From NCBI GenBank assembly GCA_019634405.1, contig JAHQVI010000149.1:1-37221 (forward strand): DNA of 37,221 bases. The letters are read 5' to 3'. A model generated the notes under the pieces. The model was not told the DNA's origin. It searched no databases and was given only the letters and a program-made list of their open reading frames with translations. Below are positions 33,826 to 37,221 of this stretch, piece by piece (positions within the stretch are counted from its first letter, which is position 1; every line of letters starts with the position of its first letter). The position numbers were made by a program, and so were the translations under genes. The stretch comes from Hyphomicrobiales bacterium (lineage in GTDB: Bacteria > Pseudomonadota > Alphaproteobacteria > Rhizobiales > Rhodomicrobiaceae).

Positions 33826-34989
33826 CTACACGCGCTGAAATTGTGCTGCTGTGCCAATACCTCCAGCGCCGGCAATAAGCGCAACGCCGGTTGTCCCAAT
33901 CGTGCCCTCCTGGCGTGTCAACCGTGTGAACAATCGCGTAACGAGCAGCGCCCCGCTTGCGCCATAGGGGTGCCCGAAGGCCAGCGCGCCCCCCATGATA
34001 TTGCTCCTTTCGAGTGGAACCGACAGCAGATCCAGCGTTGCAAGAGTTTGTGCGGCAAAGGCTTCGTTCAGTTCAATGGCCTCAGCATCGCATGCAGCGA
34101 AGCCGGTCTGCTTTTCAAGTTTTCTGGCGGCGGAGACGGCAGCGAGACCAAGGATTCGAGGCTCAATGCCCGCGGATGCGGCCGCGATGAAGGCGAGTCC
34201 CGGGGGCGTTCCCATGCCGCGCCAAATCTTCTTCGACACAATCAGCGTAACGCATGCGCCATCATTGATCTGACAGCTGTTTCCAGCCGTAACCGTGCGG
34301 TTTTCGCCGAGCAGCGGCGGTATTCTGGCCAGCAGGGCAGAGGTTATCGAGGCGCGCGGTCCTTCATCGCAATTTTCGTTCGCCCCATTGCCGGTCGCCG
34401 TGATTTCATCGTCAATTGCGCCGCCGGTCATCGCCTTGACGGCCCTCTGATGGCTTTCCAGCGCATAGTGATCCTGACGGTCCCGGTTGATATTATGGTC
34501 GCGTGCGATGTTTTCGGCGGCCTCGATCATCGAGGTTTCGCCGTCGGGACCGGGCGCAAAATCAGCCTGTGAGAAAAATTGCGGTATGTCGTGATAGGGA
34601 TTTGCCGGGCGCCGCACCCGCCAGGGCGCTGTTGAGGGTGATTCCGCGCCGCCCGCCAGGACGATCTCAGCCGCGCCTGTTTCAATCAGTCTTGCAGCCA
34701 TCACAATGGCGTCGAGGCCAGAGGCGCACTGTGTATCCAGGGTTTGCGCAGGCATCGAGACGGGAAGACCTGCCGAAAGCGCGATAAGGCGAGCAGGATT
34801 GCCGCCACCGCCCGCCGCATTGCCAAGGATGAGCGCGTCGATGCGCCCTGCCGCCAGTTTTGCGTCGGACAGAACGGCCTGGATGACCGGGGCGGTCAGC
34901 ACGTCCAGCTTGCGGCGCGCATGTATGCCACCTTGCCGGCCTATCGCCGTTCGCCGCGCTGCAATGATGACGGGCCGTTCCGCTTTCAT
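33826..34989 (-). CDS. Thiolase-family acetyl-CoA C-acyltransferase paralog (acid/base Cys replaced by Ala)
   Basis: The nucleophile Cys88 lies in LDTQCASGLDA. NEAFAAQ and GHPYGASG are present. The C-terminal motif reads GVALIAGAGGIGTAAQFQRV where canonical thiolases have ...C(I/V)GGGQG.... The start ATG overlaps the ligase stop (ATGA). Confidence 0.9.
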   Translation of the reverse strand: MKAERPVIIAARRTAIGRQGGIHARRKLDVLTAPVIQAVLSDAKLAAGRIDALILGNAAGGGGNPARLIALSAGLPVSMPAQTLDTQCASGLDAIVMAARLIETGAAEIVLAGGAESPSTAPWRVRRPANPYHDIPQFFSQADFAPGPDGETSMIEAAENIARDHNINRDRQDHYALESHQRAVKAMTGGAIDDEITATGNGANENCDEGPRASITSALLARIPPLLGENRTVTAGNSCQINDGACVTLIVSKKIWRGMGTPPGLAFIAAASAGIEPRILGLAAVSAARKLEKQTGFAACDAEAIELNEAFAAQTLATLDLLSVPLERSNIMGGALAFGHPYGASGALLVTRLFTRLTRQEGTIGTTGVALIAGAGGIGTAAQFQRV

Positions 34990-36371
34990 GTCAGTTCCCG
35001 GTATGATGGATCGCCGCGATCAAGGCCTTCGGCGATCGCGGAAAAGGCAAGTTTACCGCTGGACGTTGTCGGCAGGCGATCGCTTTGGTAATAGCGCAAG
35101 GGGCTGTATCCCTCGCCGAATTCCGCACGGCAGAATGCTGATAATGCCGCGCGTTCCGTTTGTCGGCCCGGTTTGAAGGCGATGACCGCCACAGCCGCCG
35201 ACCCTCTGATCAGGTCAGGGACGCCGATGACCGCGGCCGCTTCGATCTCTTCGCGCGCTGTCAAGGCCGCCTCAATCTGTTCGGGGTGGATCTTCAGACC
35301 CTTGGAATTGATTACGCGGTTTTTGCGGCCGGTCAAATATAGGCAATTGTCACCGTCCAGCCAGCCGACATCGCCAGCGGAAACCCATTTTTCCGCCTGC
35401 AGTCCACCGACATAGCGTTCAAAAAGCATATCGCTGGCGACAAAGATTTCGCCGCTGCCCGAGCCATTGACGGGCTTGCCCTCTGTGTCACGGATTTCGA
35501 TCCGAACGCCGGGAAAGATACGCCCGACGGAGCCGCTGTTCGCAGGGCGTTTCGTTGAGTGAAAAGACACAAAGCTGGTCTCGGTCGCCCCATAGAACTC
35601 CACCAGATCGATGTCGGGCCAGAGAGTTTTCGCCGACTGAGACAAGGTCGGTTCAAGCTTCGCGCCTCCGCAGAAAACCTGCCGAAGGCCGGGTATTGGC
35701 GTTTGCCCGGCAATCATTTTGCCAAGCATGAAGGGAATGACATAAAGATGGCTTGCCTGATATGCGGACAGTCTGTCGACCCGGAATGGACCCGGCGGCA
35801 GAGCAACGCAGTTTCCCCGGCAGAGCCCGTGAATCGCGCCATAGAGGAATAGCGAATGATGCAGCGGGCCAGGAACGAGAATTGTGTCGTCGGCGTGAAA
35901 ATCGAAGACCTGCTCAGCGGCTTCGAAGCTGGCGATCCATGATGCGTGGCTGCGCGCAACCAGTTTCGGTTCTCCGGTCGACCCGGATGTCAGCCCCCAG
36001 TAAAATTCGGCGTCCGGATGATGCGCGATGGCGGGAGCGGAGTAACCGGTTGGGAAGACGGGCTCTCGAATGACGGTTGCGAAATGCCGGGACAGGATCA
36101 GATCCAGCCGCGCTTTGGGGAGATCGGGATCAATGGGCGCAGCGGGCCGCCCGATAGCGGCGCAGGCGAGAAAGGCGATCAGGAGTTCGACGCGGTCCCG
36201 AAGCGCGATCGCGATCCCGCCGGGCCGATCCAGCTGCGCCTCGATCCGGGTTGCGGCCCCGATGACGCGGTTATAGAGCTGCGCATAGCTGACGGCAGTG
36301 TTGCGCTGTCGGATTGCGGGCTTGGTTCCCAGCTCTCCTGCTATCCGGGCGAACAGCGCAAACAGCGTCAC
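34986..36371 (-). CDS. Class I adenylate-forming enzyme (acyl-CoA synthetase/ligase, 461 aa)
   Basis: AMP-binding motifs GLTSGSTGEPKL, EFYGATETS and GDVGWLDGDNCLYLTGRKNRVINSKG, plus the C-terminal catalytic-Lys region LPTTSSGKL. The GTG start lies 3 nt after the bioY stop. Confidence 0.9.
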   Translation of the reverse strand: MTLFALFARIAGELGTKPAIRQRNTAVSYAQLYNRVIGAATRIEAQLDRPGGIAIALRDRVELLIAFLACAAIGRPAAPIDPDLPKARLDLILSRHFATVIREPVFPTGYSAPAIAHHPDAEFYWGLTSGSTGEPKLVARSHASWIASFEAAEQVFDFHADDTILVPGPLHHSLFLYGAIHGLCRGNCVALPPGPFRVDRLSAYQASHLYVIPFMLGKMIAGQTPIPGLRQVFCGGAKLEPTLSQSAKTLWPDIDLVEFYGATETSFVSFHSTKRPANSGSVGRIFPGVRIEIRDTEGKPVNGSGSGEIFVASDMLFERYVGGLQAEKWVSAGDVGWLDGDNCLYLTGRKNRVINSKGLKIHPEQIEAALTAREEIEAAAVIGVPDLIRGSAAVAVIAFKPGRQTERAALSAFCRAEFGEGYSPLRYYQSDRLPTTSSGKLAFSAIAEGLDRGDPSYRELT

Positions 36372-36374
36372 GGC

Positions 36375-36935
36375 CTATACTCTCGCGGGCGCTGCATTGA
36401 TAATCGGATAGCCGCGCTTGACGAACATGGCGACCGACGCAGCCAGCGCCGCCTTGATAAGGTCGCCGGGAATGAAAAGCGCCGATCCGGCAATCGCAGC
36501 GGAAAGGGACAGGCCCGCTATGGCGGCAAGAACAGGGATGCCGATCAGATAGACGACGCCAATTCCGCCAATAACCGATGCCGCGTAAGCTTTGAAAAAG
36601 CCGAGATTTCGCCAGAAACGCTCAACAAGCAAGCCGGTTACCGCGGCAGCGAGCGGCCAGGCGAGAACGAAGCCTGCACTGGGCGTGGCGAAGACGCCAA
36701 ATCCGCCTCGGCCACCGCTCAGGAGCGGCAGTCCAGCCGCCAGCAACACGAGAAACAGGGCCTGCGAGAGCGCGCCCCGTCTTGCGCCGAGAATTGCGCC
36801 TGCGAGCATCGGCCCCATGGATTGCGCCGTGATCGGTACGGGGACAATCGCAACGAAATCAATGCGTGGGACCAGTCCCAACGCCGCTGTCAGCGCTGCG
36901 AACAGCGAAATATGGATAAGATCCTGAAGCTTCAT
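36375..36935 (-). CDS. bioY: Biotin transporter BioY (ECF S-component type)
   Basis: It has a GGAGAG RBS and the layout of a six-TM small protein. The sequence includes ...VPITAQSMGPMLAGAILGARRGALSQ...GGRGGFGVFATPSAGFVLAWP...IPGDLIKA, typical of BioY. Confidence 0.9.
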   Translation of the reverse strand: MKLQDLIHISLFAALTAALGLVPRIDFVAIVPVPITAQSMGPMLAGAILGARRGALSQALFLVLLAAGLPLLSGGRGGFGVFATPSAGFVLAWPLAAAVTGLLVERFWRNLGFFKAYAASVIGGIGVVYLIGIPVLAAIAGLSLSAAIAGSALFIPGDLIKAALAASVAMFVKRGYPIINAAPARV

Positions 36936-36949
36936 CTACTCTCCATTAT

Positions 36950-37165
36950 GTCTAGAGCGCCAGAGTTTTAACCGGACTTAACAGTGGCGCGCTATCTTTT
37001 TGTTTAAGCATCGGATTTTCCTGAGAACCGGTAGCTGCTTTTCCGTCCGGTGCTGTAGAGCATTTTCTGCTCCTATGGGCTCACGACAAATGCTCCGGAG
37101 CTCTGAATTACGCGCTTTCCGGACGGTGAACCGGGGCCGCTTCGCCTGAAAGCGCTCTAGTTTCG
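36950..37165. repeat. Cluster of mosaic intergenic repeats upstream of bioY
   Basis: CTAGAGCGCC at 36952, with an imperfect palindrome to 36992. A GAACCGGTAGCTGCTTTTCCGTCCGGTGCTGTAGAGC unit spans 37025..37061. An inverted unit, CGCGCTTTCCGGACGGTGAACCGGGGCCGCTTCGCCTGAAAGCGCTCTAG, spans 37111..37160. Confidence 0.45.
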
Positions 37166-37221
37166 GCTTTCGAAGCCTCTGGCAGCAATAGCCGCCGCCA
37201 GCGCATCTTTCATGCGCAGAA

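Noticed and set aside
35946-36971. 341-aa plus-strand ORF spanning the ligase/bioY region, and 243-aa plus-strand ORF in the thiolase
   Set aside because: These are Arg/Gly-rich antisense artefacts. The minus-strand frames carry AMP-binding, BioY and thiolase motifs.
36936-36975. BioR-type operator (TTATMKATAA) upstream of bioY
   Set aside because: Only a partial resemblance is present (CTAGACATAA on the minus strand). This is not convincing enough to call a site.
1-37221. Search for tRNA/rRNA genes, CRISPR arrays, IS elements, integrases, toxin-antitoxin pairs and known defence-system genes
   Set aside because: I found no cloverleaf-like or T-loop (GGTTCGAATCC-type) sequences. There are no regularly spaced direct repeats, no transposase, recombinase or integrase-like ORFs, and no small adjacent TA-like ORF pairs.

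Overview
This 37.2-kb chromosomal segment reads like an alphaproteobacterium of the Rhizobiales/Hyphomicrobiales. That placement is inferred from the trpS-usp-NifU-tsaB-rimI block, the Lrp/arginase/ornithine-cyclodeaminase cassette, the Omp25/31-type and coiled-coil-type porins, and CTAGAGCGC-type intergenic repeats. I call about 36 protein-coding genes. I found no rRNA, tRNA, CRISPR array, transposase or integrase. Layout, left to right: (1) a tandem array of three diverged porin paralogs, the first 5'-truncated; (2) an alpha/beta-hydrolase-OsmC fusion, an Omp25/31-like OMP and ggt; (3) a small, extremely Arg-rich, Cys-containing secreted repeat protein, convergent with a YadG/YadH-like ABC-2 exporter; (4) a plus-strand cluster of a 114-aa membrane protein, an ExbB/TolQ-like channel, a 40-aa ExbD-like TM-only micro-ORF, a DEDDh exonuclease-CBS-DUF294 nucleotidyltransferase fusion and a secreted MetX-like hydrolase; (5) Lrp, arginase and ornithine cyclodeaminase; (6) two membrane proteins (one DUF4281/ABA4-like) divergent from a TetR gene with three operator-like palindromes; (7) housekeeping trpS, usp, NifU-family, tsaB and rimI; (8) a minus-strand run of esterase, cysG, a six-Asp-box BNR propeller and a MoaD/ThiS-like protein ending in GG; (9) a MipA-like OMP, a low-GC zinc-ribbon SAM methyltransferase and a P450; (10) a RimB-like protease fused to RimK; (11) a tightly coupled bioY, adenylate-forming ligase and thiolase operon, in which the thiolase lacks the catalytic acid/base cysteine. 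The candidates I consider most worth follow-up as undescribed biology are the polycationic secreted repeat protein (8549..8899), the ExbB-like/mini-ExbD plus exonuclease-CBS-NTase cluster (11006..14452), the BNR-propeller/MoaD-GG pair downstream of cysG (24248..27287), the RimB-RimK fusion, and the bioY-ligase-thiolase operon. All functional calls come from reading motifs in the supplied translations. No database search was possible.
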